Assembly (NCBI GenBank): GCA_049320885.1
Contig: JBMORA010000043.1
Location: 9,354-73,353 of the forward strand
Source of the DNA: Thermodesulfobacteriota bacterium
Lineage (GTDB): Bacteria > Desulfobacterota > Desulfobacteria > Desulfobacterales > SURF-7
DNA: 64,000 bases
Direction: 5' to 3'
Made by a program: the position numbers and the translations under genes. Shown one piece after another: positions 9,939 to 20,102 of this stretch. The notes beneath the pieces are model-generated. The model was given only the letters and a program-made list of their open reading frames with translations, ran no database searches and was not told where the DNA came from. Each line of letters begins with the position of its first letter. The first letter of the stretch is position 1.

Positions 9939-12412
9939 ATCGTAGCCTCGTAGGTGGTCTCACCGGCTTCGGCTGCCGCTTCGAAGGGTTCCGGTACCAG
10001 GGACTTGTCCCATTCCGCTTTGAACATAAAATAAAAAACCCGGTGGAACAAAACCAGCATGACATCGCGGGCCGTCAAGACCGGAGCGGTTTCATTCAGG
10101 ATGGCGGCGATCCGGTTCAATTCCTCCTGTTTGCTTTTCAGCCGGCCCAGGGATGACAGACAATTCACCACTTGTTGGAGGTTGGCGGCTTCCGTTTCCC
10201 GGGTTTTCAGTTGTTTTTCAAAACGCTCCCGCAATTTGACGATGTGCGCATGGGAGGCGCGTTTCAGATTCCGCTGATTGGTCTCTCCCGGGAACCATCG
10301 CTGCGAACCGATGAACTGATCGATCGCCGTATGGATTTGATACTGATTTGCGATCACGGCATTGCGCAGGAGTCCCAATGAGTTTTCGCCGATTTTCAAC
10401 AAAACGGCCTGAAGTTTGACCGCGTGTTCCCTGACTTTGGTTTCGAATTCCATTTCCGCGCTGTGCCAGAACATGTGGTTGATGTCCATGGCGATGGCCG
10501 ACACTTCCTCCTTCTGGGCCAATCGCTTTTGAATATGAATTCGGATGGCGGGCAGCAGTTTGCCGGAATTTTCAAATAACGGCGTCCCCACGACGACCTT
10601 GTGGATGATACCGACAACCGCCTGCCAATCCTGAAGATGCAGGGCTTGTTTCACGTCTCCGTAAATCAATTTCAGCAATTCGTTTTCCAATAAATGGGCG
10701 GGGGTGGCATAAAAGGGCGTCCCGCCCAGCTGGGGTTGTTGGATTTCATGCTCGGCCGCGCCATAGTAAACAGCAGTCTCCACATCGATCAGCCCGATGG
10801 AGAACTGATCCGGCGAGGATAAAAAACGCGGATATTGCGACCGATCCCCGGCCACCAGCAGGTTGTCCGGTTTCAGATCGCGCATGGCCACTTTCCGGTC
10901 TGCAAGCCAGGCCAGCAATTCCAATAAATTTACCGTTATGCTGGCGATCTGCATTTTGTTCCGCGTGAAGATCACATCCTGGATTTGATGGCGGATCACA
11001 TCCCGATACTCCTTGACTGTTTCGGCATGCTCCTCGAGAATGGTCTTCAGACGCATGTGGATCAGTTGTTTCTGCTGAGGGGCGATGTCCGACTCCTGGT
11101 CCACCCCCGATTCCTTTCCGGCCAGATAGGACAAAAACCAGCCCTTGATGCGATAGGACGGGATGATCACCGAGGTATCCGACTGCGCCATATGCCGGCG
11201 CAGATCCGCCTCGCAGACATGGTACAGTTCCTGCATTCTGAAACAAACCGCCCCGTTGCGCTGACCGTATCTCCCTGCAAAGCCCGGTGCATCCCAGATC
11301 AAATCCGGATAACTCAGAATCTCGTCGTTGGTTTTATCCGTCAGATTGTGCAGGTTGTCGATGATATGCGTCAAAAAGAAATACTTCGATAAATCCATGA
11401 AAAAGACAAAAGTCTTGCCGATTTTTAAATACTGCTGGGCTTCCGTCCGGTTCGTCAGCCACCGGATATAGCGGTCTTCAATTTTTTCCGGCGGCTGGGT
11501 ATCCTCGTCATGGAATTGACGTATGCGCCTCAGGATGACGGAGACTCGCGGAATGATGCATTCCCTGGGCAGGAGTTTTGCGACGATTTCGCCTTCCAAA
11601 CGGATATTTTCAATATAGGCGTTGAAATCGGTCAATGGTTTGGGCGGTATTTTAATGACCATATGGACGTCGAATATCACGTAGTAGCATTTGCTTTTAC
11701 TGCCGCTCTCTTCGCCCAGCGGCCCGATGGTCATCCGTCTCCTGGCATATTCTCCGCCTTGTCTCACCCGCAGCTCATACACCTTGTTTTTTTCCGACAG
11801 GGTCGATGGAAGGCATTCGAACTCCACCACGGCACTTTCCGGCGCCGCCAACTGCAGGCGATACAGATTCAAAAAAAACAGGACGATCTGGTTTTCGTCC
11901 GAATCTTCTACGACAGGCTTTTTCGCCGTCGGTTGGGCGGACGAAGGCGCATTTTCCGACAAACGGATTTCGTCCCGAACCTCTCGTTTTCTCCGCAACC
12001 GCAAGCGGAGAAAAAGGAACAGGACGGTAAGGGTGATGATTCCCAGAAGGACGGCCGCCAGCGCGGCCTTGTTGTACGGCAGATGATGACGATTCGACCA
12101 CTGCCGGGCGGTTTGAACCAGCTCCCGAAAGGTTTTCTCCACTATCTGGGAGCCCTTGATCCGTTCAATGTATTCCCCCTCGACAATCTGGGAGACTTCT
12201 TCCCTGAGGAGCATGGAATTCGCTCCATCCTTGCTGTAATAAACCACCTTGCCGCCGGTCCAGGTTTTATCCGCGATGATGGATGGCCCCCGGACCAGGT
12301 AGATCACATCCCGTTCATGGACCCATTCGTGATTCCAGAAAATGATTCCGGACGCCACCGACAGGGTGATGAATATCAACAGCAGCGACCACAGCAGCAG
12401 TTTTATTTTCAT
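9935..12412 (-). CDS. Membrane-anchored atypical Ser/Thr protein kinase-like protein
   Basis: Two N-terminal hydrophobic segments; VIKIP lysine; catalytic loop MRDLKPDNLL; IDVE in place of DFG; GGTPFYATP. Confidence 0.7.
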   Translation of the reverse strand: MKIKLLLWSLLLIFITLSVASGIIFWNHEWVHERDVIYLVRGPSIIADKTWTGGKVVYYSKDGANSMLLREEVSQIVEGEYIERIKGSQIVEKTFRELVQTARQWSNRHHLPYNKAALAAVLLGIITLTVLFLFLRLRLRRKREVRDEIRLSENAPSSAQPTAKKPVVEDSDENQIVLFFLNLYRLQLAAPESAVVEFECLPSTLSEKNKVYELRVRQGGEYARRRMTIGPLGEESGSKSKCYYVIFDVHMVIKIPPKPLTDFNAYIENIRLEGEIVAKLLPRECIIPRVSVILRRIRQFHDEDTQPPEKIEDRYIRWLTNRTEAQQYLKIGKTFVFFMDLSKYFFLTHIIDNLHNLTDKTNDEILSYPDLIWDAPGFAGRYGQRNGAVCFRMQELYHVCEADLRRHMAQSDTSVIIPSYRIKGWFLSYLAGKESGVDQESDIAPQQKQLIHMRLKTILEEHAETVKEYRDVIRHQIQDVIFTRNKMQIASITVNLLELLAWLADRKVAMRDLKPDNLLVAGDRSQYPRFLSSPDQFSIGLIDVETAVYYGAAEHEIQQPQLGGTPFYATPAHLLENELLKLIYGDVKQALHLQDWQAVVGIIHKVVVGTPLFENSGKLLPAIRIHIQKRLAQKEEVSAIAMDINHMFWHSAEMEFETKVREHAVKLQAVLLKIGENSLGLLRNAVIANQYQIHTAIDQFIGSQRWFPGETNQRNLKRASHAHIVKLRERFEKQLKTRETEAANLQQVVNCLSSLGRLKSKQEELNRIAAILNETAPVLTARDVMLVLFHRVFYFMFKAEWDKSLVPEPFEAAAEAGETTYEATI

Positions 12413-12731
12413 GTTCGCTCTAGTCGATGTAACTCCGATCCGTTAGAGCCTAGGGCGCGAAAGAAAATCGACCCTGGAATTTGGTTTATCGCCATTGTTG
12501 CCGTGCCAGCTAAAACGGCATGTTTCAATTGGATATCATTCAAGAATGGTTCAAACAGCCGACCGGGCCGGAATACGGCCCAGCCCATGAATGTCTCTAT
12601 CATCTGGCGGCGAATGAATCAATACCTCTTTCCGTTGCGCCGGGGCAAGACGAACTGGACTCTTGAAATGGATTTCCAGACAGGATAGGGATAGCGATAA
12701 CTCGAAACCGCCCTGTTTTTCAACGAAGCCT

Positions 12732-13520
12732 ATGAAACAAGTCAATCAAAACGGCCTATCCTGGTTGGAATTTCCGCATCTCAGCGGGCAGCCGCTGCTG
12801 GCGCATGCCGTTTTCACCCGGACCAACGGGTATAGTTCCTCCCCGTTTGACAGCCTGAACGTGGGCCTGCATGTCGGCGACCGGGAAACCCATGTCCGGC
12901 AAAACCGGAAAGCGGTTCTTTCCTGTTTTGACGCCATGGAACTCATCGAAATCCAACAAGTCCACGGAAGCCGCATACTAGTCCTCGATGGGCATGACCT
13001 GCCGGACGGCTTCGGGGCGGACAGGGAAATGGCCCGGGGTGACGCCCTGATCACCAATCTTCCCGGCAAGCTGCTGCTCATCCAAGTGGCCGATTGCCAG
13101 CCGGTCATGATCCATGATCCCGTGCGACGCGTGATTGCCAATATTCATTCCGGCTGGAGGGGCAGCATCGTGAACATTATCGGCCGGGCGGTTACGACCA
13201 TGAAGGAACGTTTCGGCTGCCGTCCTCGGCATCTGCTGGCCGGAATCGGTCCCTCCCTCGGGCCTTGCTGCGCCGAATTCATCCATTACCGAAAGGAAAT
13301 CCCGCAACCCTTCTGGCGCTACCTCAATGGTTCGCGGCATTTCGATTTCTGGTCGCTCAGCCGTGACCAGCTGGTTGCGGCCGGTGTACCTCCGGATCAT
13401 ATTCAAACCAGCGAACTCTGCACCCGCTGCCGGCCGGACCTGTTTTTTTCCTACCGCCACACCAAGGTAACCGGCCGACTGGCAGCGGTCATCGGCCTGC
13501 GCGGAGCCGGTTCCGGATGA
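12732..13520 (+). CDS. pgeF: YfiH/PgeF family (peptidoglycan editing factor / purine nucleoside phosphorylase)
   Basis: Motifs QVHG, ADCQPV, HSGWRG, GPSLGPCC, CTRC..DLFFSYR. The start was chosen at ATG 12732. Confidence 0.9.
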   Translation: MKQVNQNGLSWLEFPHLSGQPLLAHAVFTRTNGYSSSPFDSLNVGLHVGDRETHVRQNRKAVLSCFDAMELIEIQQVHGSRILVLDGHDLPDGFGADREMARGDALITNLPGKLLLIQVADCQPVMIHDPVRRVIANIHSGWRGSIVNIIGRAVTTMKERFGCRPRHLLAGIGPSLGPCCAEFIHYRKEIPQPFWRYLNGSRHFDFWSLSRDQLVAAGVPPDHIQTSELCTRCRPDLFFSYRHTKVTGRLAAVIGLRGAGSG

Positions 13521-13553
13521 ATTTGTCTCTTTTCTCTTTCGAATTTTTGCGTT

Positions 13554-14369
13554 ATGGTGGCTGCCGTGATACTGCAACAAGACACCCGCATCCTCTGGAA
13601 TCGAGCCATCGGCTCGTCCTATTTTCACATGGGCCTCCGGTGCGGCGAGGGGTTTGAGAATGCCGTTCCCGGACAATTTGTAACCTTGCGCATTCCCGAT
13701 CAACAAACGCCGCTGCTGCGAAGACCGTTTTCCATTCACCGGCTGGTCCGGGAAAACGACAGCATCCGCGGGATTGAAATCCTCTACCGGGTGGTGGGGA
13801 ATTGCACCGGTCGATTATCGCGCCTTTCTGCTGGTGACCGGGTCAGCCTCCTTGGTCCATTGGGCAATGGATTCAGTGTTCCGGGGGACGGTCCCATTTA
13901 TATGGCCGCCGGGGGAATCGGTGTGGCCCCCATGGTCTTTCTTGCGGAATCCATTCATAAAAAGTCTCCGGAATCCTCCCCCCACACCCTGTTTCTGGGC
14001 GGGCGGACCCAGACGGATTTGCTTTGCATGGACATATTCAGGAGCTTGGGCATGGCCCTGGAAGTTTCCACCGATGACGGCAGCGTCGGATATGAAGGCC
14101 TGGTCACGGATTTACTGCAACAGGCCGTCCTGGACAACCCGCCGGAACGGATTGTTGCCTGCGGCCCCATGCCGATGCTGAAAACCGTGGCGCGAATCGC
14201 CCGCTCCCGGCAGGTGCCCTGCGAGGTTTCCATAGAAACCCTGATGGCCTGCGGCATGGGGGTCTGTCTTGGATGCGCGGTGGAGGACCGCAGACCGGCG
14301 GATAAATACCGGCATGTCTGTATCGACGGTCCCGTATTCGAAGCCGCAACCCTTTTAATGGACTCATGA
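13554..14369 (+). CDS. pyrK: Dihydroorotate dehydrogenase electron-transfer subunit
   Basis: PGQFV, RRPFS, GPLGNGF, GGIGVAP, CGPxPM and the 2Fe-2S motif MACGMGVCLGC...VCIDGPVF. Confidence 0.88.
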   Translation: MVAAVILQQDTRILWNRAIGSSYFHMGLRCGEGFENAVPGQFVTLRIPDQQTPLLRRPFSIHRLVRENDSIRGIEILYRVVGNCTGRLSRLSAGDRVSLLGPLGNGFSVPGDGPIYMAAGGIGVAPMVFLAESIHKKSPESSPHTLFLGGRTQTDLLCMDIFRSLGMALEVSTDDGSVGYEGLVTDLLQQAVLDNPPERIVACGPMPMLKTVARIARSRQVPCEVSIETLMACGMGVCLGCAVEDRRPADKYRHVCIDGPVFEAATLLMDS

Positions 14370-14480
14370 CTTTTTTTGAATTGACTTGGCTGGATGTCTA
14401 TGTTAGTAGCCGTAATTTAATTTAAACGAGACTGTTGGGCGGTGACGGCCGAATGAAGTTCCCAACGAGGCGCCGATGAC

Positions 14481-14699
14481 ATGAAAAGAGAAACCAGGCG
14501 CTCCCTGAGAGAGCTCGCCTATTACAGCAGTCTTGGAATTTCCATCGCCTTGTCGATCTTTATCGGTCTGTTTTTGGGCGTGTATTTGGATGGATGGTTT
14601 GACACCCGGCCTGTTTTGACCCTGATCGGTCTGGGGCTGGGAATCGCGGCAGGGTTCAGGAATATCGCCCTGGCCCTTGAGAAAAGTCGAAAACTGTAA
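14481..14699 (+). CDS. atpZ: AtpZ/AtpI family ATP synthase accessory protein
   Basis: 72 aa with two TM segments and a GxxLDxWFxTxP motif; first gene before atpB. Confidence 0.85.
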   Translation: MKRETRRSLRELAYYSSLGISIALSIFIGLFLGVYLDGWFDTRPVLTLIGLGLGIAAGFRNIALALEKSRKL

Positions 14700-14712
14700 A
14701 CGCATCGATGCC

Positions 14713-15099
14713 ATGACTATACAGCAGCGTCTATTGAAATTTGTTGTCCGTTCCAACTGGATTCTGTTTATTGCCGCCAGCATTTTGGCAGGACTCGCCT
14801 CCTCGCCTGAATTTACAAAGGGGATTGTTTTCGGCGGCCTGATCGTGACGGTCAATTTCCATGCCTTGGCAAGGACCCTGCAGAAGGCCCTGACACCGCC
14901 CTATCTTTCATCCCACACATCGGTACTGGCCAAATATTACATCCGTTTCATCATCAGCGGTGTAATTTTGTTTTTCCTGATTTCCCGGCACATTGTTAAC
15001 CCGATGGGTCTGTTTGTCGGCCTGTCGGTGGTTGTGGCGAGCATCATGCTGGCAACCATCAACGAGGTAACCAAAATCATCTTCAAGGAGGCCGTCTAA
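14713..15099 (+). CDS. atpI: ATP synthase subunit I
   Basis: Hydrophobic, about four TM segments, KYYIRF motif, directly upstream of atpB. Confidence 0.8.
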   Translation: MTIQQRLLKFVVRSNWILFIAASILAGLASSPEFTKGIVFGGLIVTVNFHALARTLQKALTPPYLSSHTSVLAKYYIRFIISGVILFFLISRHIVNPMGLFVGLSVVVASIMLATINEVTKIIFKEAV

Positions 15100-15100
15100 G

Positions 15101-15790
15101 GTGGAACATCCCTACTTATTCTTCGTCAAACTGTTTGAATTGTTAGGCTTCGAACATTTCGCCCAGTCCTATCCGCACATCATCTACTCCTGGGTCGTCA
15201 TGGCGATTCTGATAACCGCGGGCGCCCTGGCAGCCAAAAATATCGCCCTCATTCCGACCAAGATGCAAAATTTTTTCGAAGTGGTTATCTCCGGGATCGA
15301 GGAATTCATGGTGGACACCACCGGTGAAGAAGGCCGCTGGCTCTTTCCCCTGGCGGCGACCATTTTCATTTACATTTTCGTGGGCAACCTGATCGGACTG
15401 GTTCCCGGCTTCTTTCCGCCGACGGCCAGCATCAACACGACGGTTTCCTGTGCGCTGGTGGTGGTCATTTTCACCCATGTCATCGGCGTCCGCTACCACG
15501 GAGCGGGATATATCAAGCATTTTCTCGGCCCGGTCTGGTGGCTGAGCCCCCTGATCTTCATCATTGAAGTGATCGGCCATCTGGCCCGGATATTATCGCT
15601 CTCTTTCCGTCTTTTCGGCAATATGGCAGGCCATGAAATCGTGCTGGCCATCCTGTTCAGCCTGGCCGGCCTTTTCTTTGCGCCGCTGCCGATCATGGCC
15701 CTGGGTATCTTTGTATCCTTTGTCCAGGGATTTGTATTTTTCTTGTTGTCCATTATTTATTTCACCGGAGCCATGGAGCACGCTCACTGA
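15101..15790 (+). CDS. atpB: F0 ATP synthase subunit a
   Basis: PTKMQNFFE, GNLIGLVPG, LSLSFRLFGNM (essential Arg), VQGFVF. GTG start. Confidence 0.97.
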   Translation: MEHPYLFFVKLFELLGFEHFAQSYPHIIYSWVVMAILITAGALAAKNIALIPTKMQNFFEVVISGIEEFMVDTTGEEGRWLFPLAATIFIYIFVGNLIGLVPGFFPPTASINTTVSCALVVVIFTHVIGVRYHGAGYIKHFLGPVWWLSPLIFIIEVIGHLARILSLSFRLFGNMAGHEIVLAILFSLAGLFFAPLPIMALGIFVSFVQGFVFFLLSIIYFTGAMEHAH

Positions 15791-15901
15791 TGGACCGGAA
15801 ATCCAGTACAGGCGTCTAGGCAGCACCGTTGCTGCTTGGTCATACGGGTTTATGGAAGAAGCCCACACATTCATCAATTTATTATGAAGGAGGTTTTGTC
15901 A

Positions 15902-16183
15902 ATGGAAGCTGAAGCCCTAAAGTATTTTATCGCGTGTGTCACGGCGGCAGGTTTTGGTATTGCCATCGCAGCGTTTGGCTGCGGTATCGCCCAGGGACTT
16001 GGCCTGAAAGCCGCAGTCGAAGGGATTGCCAGGAACCCCGAAGCGTCCGGAAAAGTAACCGTAACCATGCTGATCGGTCTGGCGATGATCGAATCACTTT
16101 GTATCTATGCGCTGGTTGTGGCGTTGATTCTGATTTACGCCGCTCCTTTCACCGCAACGGTTACCGGCATTTTATCCAAATAA
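15902..16183 (+). CDS. atpE: F0 ATP synthase subunit c
   Basis: AGGAGG RBS; IARNPEA loop; IESLCIY carboxylate motif. Confidence 0.97.
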   Translation: MEAEALKYFIACVTAAGFGIAIAAFGCGIAQGLGLKAAVEGIARNPEASGKVTVTMLIGLAMIESLCIYALVVALILIYAAPFTATVTGILSK

Positions 16184-16203
16184 TCCCCGGTATCGTCAAC
16201 TGT

Positions 16204-16240
16204 CATCAAAAAGGCCGGATTTTTTCCGGCCTTTTTGATG
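16204..16240. terminator. Bidirectional intrinsic terminator between atpE and uvrA
   Basis: Perfect 16-bp inverted repeat CATCAAAAAGGCCGGA-N5-TCCGGCCTTTTTGATG with T tracts on both strands, between convergent genes. Confidence 0.85.
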
Positions 16241-16253
16241 CCCCCCGGCTGTG

Positions 16254-19076
16254 TTACCGTTTTCCCAGGGCAGCCCGCAAGAATGTCCCGGTATGGGAGG
16301 CCTCATTTTGGGCGATTTCCTCCGGGGTTCCGGCGCCCACCAGCCATCCGCCGCCTTCCCCCCCTTCCGGACCCAGGTCAATGATGTAATCCGCGTATCT
16401 GATCACATCCAGATTGTGTTCGATCACAATGACCGTGTTGCCAGCTTCCACCAGCCGCTCCAGCACATGCAAAAGCCTCTGGATATCGTCCACATGAAGT
16501 CCGGTGGTCGGTTCATCCAGGATATATACGGTTCTTCCGGTTTCCTTCTTGCTCAACTCCCTGGCCAGCTTGACCCGCTGCGCTTCCCCGCCGGAAAGGG
16601 TTGTGGCCGGCTGACCGATATGGATATATCCCAGGCCCACATCCGCCAGGGTTTCCAGTTTTGCCCGGATGGCCCCGATCCGCGCAAAAAACGAGAGGCC
16701 CTGATTCACCGTCATGTCGAGAATTTCCGCAATGTTTTTTCCCCGGTACCGGATTTCAAGCGTTTCCCGGTTGTACCGCCGACCGTTGCAAACATCACAA
16801 GTCACATAGATATCGGGAAGAAAATGCATTTCGATCTTTACGATCCCGTCGCCACAACAGGCTTCACAACGGCCGCCCTTGACGTTGAAGCTGAATCTTC
16901 CGGACTTGAAACCGCGGACCCGCGCCTCGGGGGTATGGGTGAACAGATCCCGGATATGGGCAAACAAACCCGTATATGTGCCCGGATTGGAACGGGGGGT
17001 TCGCCCGATGGGGGCCTGGTCGATGTGAATGACTTTATCCACCTGGGAGAACCCGCCGGCCTTTTGATACGTTCCGGCCGGTATTCTGGCATGATACAAC
17101 TGCTGGGCCAGCGCCGGATACAGGGTTTTCAGCACCAGGGAGGATTTTCCCGATCCGGAAACCCCCGTGACGCAGATGAAGCACCCCAGCGGAAATTCCA
17201 CATCGATCTGTTTCAGGTTGTTTTCCGAGGCCCCATGAATGGAAAGCCTCGGTCCGTCCGTGGGCCGTCGCCTGGGAGGGGGCGCGATTTGTTTCCTTCC
17301 GGAAAAATACTGACCGGTAAGCGAATGCTCGTCGTCTAGCATGGCCTGGGGCGTGCCGGTGAAAACCACCTGACCGCCGTGGATTCCGGCCGCCGGCCCC
17401 AGTTCCACGACATGGTCGGCTTTCATGATCGTGTTCCGGTCGTGTTCCACCACCACCACCGTGTTGCCCATGTCTCTCATCTTGAGCAGGGTTTCGATCA
17501 GCCGCTGATTGTCCCGCTGGTGCAGGCCGATGCTCGGTTCGTCCAGGACATAAACGATTCCGGTCAATTTGGAGCCGATTTGAGTGGCCAGCCGGATCCG
17601 CTGACTCTCGCCGCCGGAAAGACTGGCGGCGGCCCGGTTCAACGCCAGATAATCCAGACCGACGTTATGTAAAAACCCAAGGCGCTCGACGATTTCCTTG
17701 AGTATTTTTCCGGCGATGATCGCTTGCTTGCCGGACAAGGAGAGGGAAGTAAAAAATGCCAGGGCATCGGCTATGGACAGGGCCGAAACCATCGCGATGC
17801 CGGCCCCGCCCACCAGGACGGAACGGCTGGCCGGGTTCAGACGTTCCCCATGGCAGGCGGGACAGGGCCGAAAGCGGATGTATTGCTTGATTTCCTCACG
17901 CGTCTGGTGGGAGTCGGTGGTTTTGTACCGTCGATCCAGATTCGGTATCACCCCTTCAAATTTCTTCCGATACACCACACGCCGATTGCCCTTTTCGAAA
18001 TAGAACGGAATCTCCTGATCCCCGGAACCATACAAGATCACCTCCTGGAATGGCTGCGGCAGGTCTTTGTATGGCGTGTAAATGTCAACCCCGTACTGCA
18101 GGGTCAAGGCATCCAGGAATTCACCAAAGGCAACCGAATTCCGGTCGCTCCAGGGGCTGACGGCCCCTTCCCGCAGGGATAAATGCGGATTGGGGATAAT
18201 CAGATGGGGATCAAACTCGGTGACCGTTCCCAAACCATCGCATTTCGGGCAGGCCCCATGCGGCGAATTGAAGGAAAAACTGGCGGGGGTGAATTCCGGG
18301 ACGGCGATTCCGCATTGCGGACACCCCTTTTGGGCATGGAAGCGGAGTTGGCGGCCATCGGAAATGTCCACAACCACCCCGCCCCCGGACTGGGCCATGG
18401 CCAGCTCCAGGGAATCGGCCAGCCGGTTGCGAATGGAGTCCTTGACGATCAGCCTGTCGATGACCACTTCCATGGTGTGTTTTTTTTTCCGGGAGAGCTT
18501 TCCCAGCTGTTCGATTTCAACAATCTCACCGTCCAGTCGGACACGCGCGAACCCGTCCTTTTTCAAGCGGTTGATTCTTTTTTCAAGCGCTTCCGGCTGC
18601 TCCGGAGGAAGCGGCGCCAGAATGATCAGTCTGGTTTTCTCCGGCAGGGCCATCACCTCATCCGTCAGCTGGTCCAAGGTCCGGGATGTAACCGGAATAC
18701 CGCATTGATGACAGACGGGGATTCCGACCCTGGCATACAGCAGCCTCAGATAATCGTGGATTTCCGTTACGGTTCCCACCGTTGATCTCGGATTGTGTCC
18801 GGCGACTTTCTGTTCGATGGCGACGGCTGGAGAAAGGCCTTCGATCAAATCGACATCCGGCTTGTCCAGGCGCTCTAAAAATTGCCGGGCATAGGTGGAC
18901 AGGGATTCGACATACCGGCGCTGGCCTTCGGCATAGAGGGTGTCGAAAGCCAGGGATGATTTGCCGGACCCGGACAGACCGGTTATGGCGACAAGAGAAT
19001 TTCTGGGAAGATCCAGGTCAATATTTTTCAGGTTGTGTTGGCGCGCGCCGCGAATGATAATGGTATCGGACGTCAT
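16254..19076 (-). CDS. uvrA: Excinuclease ABC subunit A
   Basis: GARQHNLKN, two Walker A motifs (GLSGSGKSS, GVSGSGKSS), two LSGGE signatures, zinc fingers; 940 aa. Confidence 0.99.
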   Translation of the reverse strand: MTSDTIIIRGARQHNLKNIDLDLPRNSLVAITGLSGSGKSSLAFDTLYAEGQRRYVESLSTYARQFLERLDKPDVDLIEGLSPAVAIEQKVAGHNPRSTVGTVTEIHDYLRLLYARVGIPVCHQCGIPVTSRTLDQLTDEVMALPEKTRLIILAPLPPEQPEALEKRINRLKKDGFARVRLDGEIVEIEQLGKLSRKKKHTMEVVIDRLIVKDSIRNRLADSLELAMAQSGGGVVVDISDGRQLRFHAQKGCPQCGIAVPEFTPASFSFNSPHGACPKCDGLGTVTEFDPHLIIPNPHLSLREGAVSPWSDRNSVAFGEFLDALTLQYGVDIYTPYKDLPQPFQEVILYGSGDQEIPFYFEKGNRRVVYRKKFEGVIPNLDRRYKTTDSHQTREEIKQYIRFRPCPACHGERLNPASRSVLVGGAGIAMVSALSIADALAFFTSLSLSGKQAIIAGKILKEIVERLGFLHNVGLDYLALNRAAASLSGGESQRIRLATQIGSKLTGIVYVLDEPSIGLHQRDNQRLIETLLKMRDMGNTVVVVEHDRNTIMKADHVVELGPAAGIHGGQVVFTGTPQAMLDDEHSLTGQYFSGRKQIAPPPRRRPTDGPRLSIHGASENNLKQIDVEFPLGCFICVTGVSGSGKSSLVLKTLYPALAQQLYHARIPAGTYQKAGGFSQVDKVIHIDQAPIGRTPRSNPGTYTGLFAHIRDLFTHTPEARVRGFKSGRFSFNVKGGRCEACCGDGIVKIEMHFLPDIYVTCDVCNGRRYNRETLEIRYRGKNIAEILDMTVNQGLSFFARIGAIRAKLETLADVGLGYIHIGQPATTLSGGEAQRVKLARELSKKETGRTVYILDEPTTGLHVDDIQRLLHVLERLVEAGNTVIVIEHNLDVIRYADYIIDLGPEGGEGGGWLVGAGTPEEIAQNEASHTGTFLRAALGKR

Positions 19077-19094
19077 TCTCTTGGTACCTTTTTG

Positions 19095-20102
19095 CTATCG
19101 CGCGGAATTCATCGCCTGAACGGCGGCCATGCGGACGGCCGCCATCAGGCTTCCCGGATCGGCGCGCCAGGTTCCGGCGATGTCGTAAGCGGTGCCGTGA
19201 TCCACGGATGTGCGAATGATGGGCAGGCCGAGGGTCGTGTTAACGCCGTCGGTGAAATGGATCATTTTGAAAGGGATCAGACCCTGATCATGATACATGC
19301 AGACCACCGCGTCATATGCCCCCTGAAGCGCCTGATGGAACAGCGTGTCGGCGGGAAGCGGACCATGCACGTCAATTCCTTTCGCCGCCGCCATTTCACA
19401 GGCCGGAGCGATGACGTTGGCCTCTTCTTCACCAAAAAGCCCTCCTTCCCCGGCATGGGGATTGAGGGCCGCCACCGCGATTCTCGGTTTCTCCAGGCCG
19501 AAACGGTGAGTCAGACTCCGCTGGGTGATTTCGATGGTTTCGAGGATCTTTTCAGCCTGAAGCATTCCCGAAACCGCATGAAGCGGCACATGAATCGTCA
19601 CCAGAACCACCCGCAGGGTGTCCCCGGCCATCATCATCGCGAACCGGTCGGACCGGGTGCGGGAGGCAAACAGTTCCGTGTGACCGAAAAAGGCGCTTCC
19701 GGCCAGTTTCATGGCGGCCTTGTTGATCGGCGCCGTCACCACGGCATCGATTTTTCCATCCATGGCCCAGTCGATGGCCGTCGTGATATAGGTCGTCATG
19801 GCGCGCCCGGTTTCCGGAGTCGGCCGGCCCCATTGTATCTGCTCAGGATTCAATTGCGAACCGCTGATGATGTCGACGGAATCCGGGTCGGCCGGAGCCA
19901 TGGAAAGCTCCCGGACCTCCCGGAAGATCACCCGGGAATTCAGCCCAGAGGCGACTTTCCGCAACAGGGGGGCGTCGCCGAAGACAACCGGTCTGCATAA
20001 CCGGAAGAGTTCTGGCCGCTGCAGGATTTTGACTATAATTTCCGGACCGATGCCTACGGGATCCCCCATGGTGATCCCGACGATGGGATGGGTTGTTTCC
20101 AT
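19095..20102 (-). CDS. pdxA: 4-hydroxythreonine-4-phosphate dehydrogenase
   Basis: TMGDPVGIGPE, TAPINK, GHTE, LNPHAGE, MYHDQG, RTSVDHGTA. Confidence 0.96.
   Translation of the reverse strand: METTHPIVGITMGDPVGIGPEIIVKILQRPELFRLCRPVVFGDAPLLRKVASGLNSRVIFREVRELSMAPADPDSVDIISGSQLNPEQIQWGRPTPETGRAMTTYITTAIDWAMDGKIDAVVTAPINKAAMKLAGSAFFGHTELFASRTRSDRFAMMMAGDTLRVVLVTIHVPLHAVSGMLQAEKILETIEITQRSLTHRFGLEKPRIAVAALNPHAGEGGLFGEEEANVIAPACEMAAAKGIDVHGPLPADTLFHQALQGAYDAVVCMYHDQGLIPFKMIHFTDGVNTTLGLPIIRTSVDHGTAYDIAGTWRADPGSLMAAVRMAAVQAMNSAR

Noticed and set aside
13554..14369. pyrK without an adjacent pyrD
   Set aside because: Separated pyrK and pyrD genes are not unusual, and nothing points to a new function.
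14381..14410. Possible atp promoter (TTGACT...TAGTAG)
   Set aside because: The -10 element is too weak to call.
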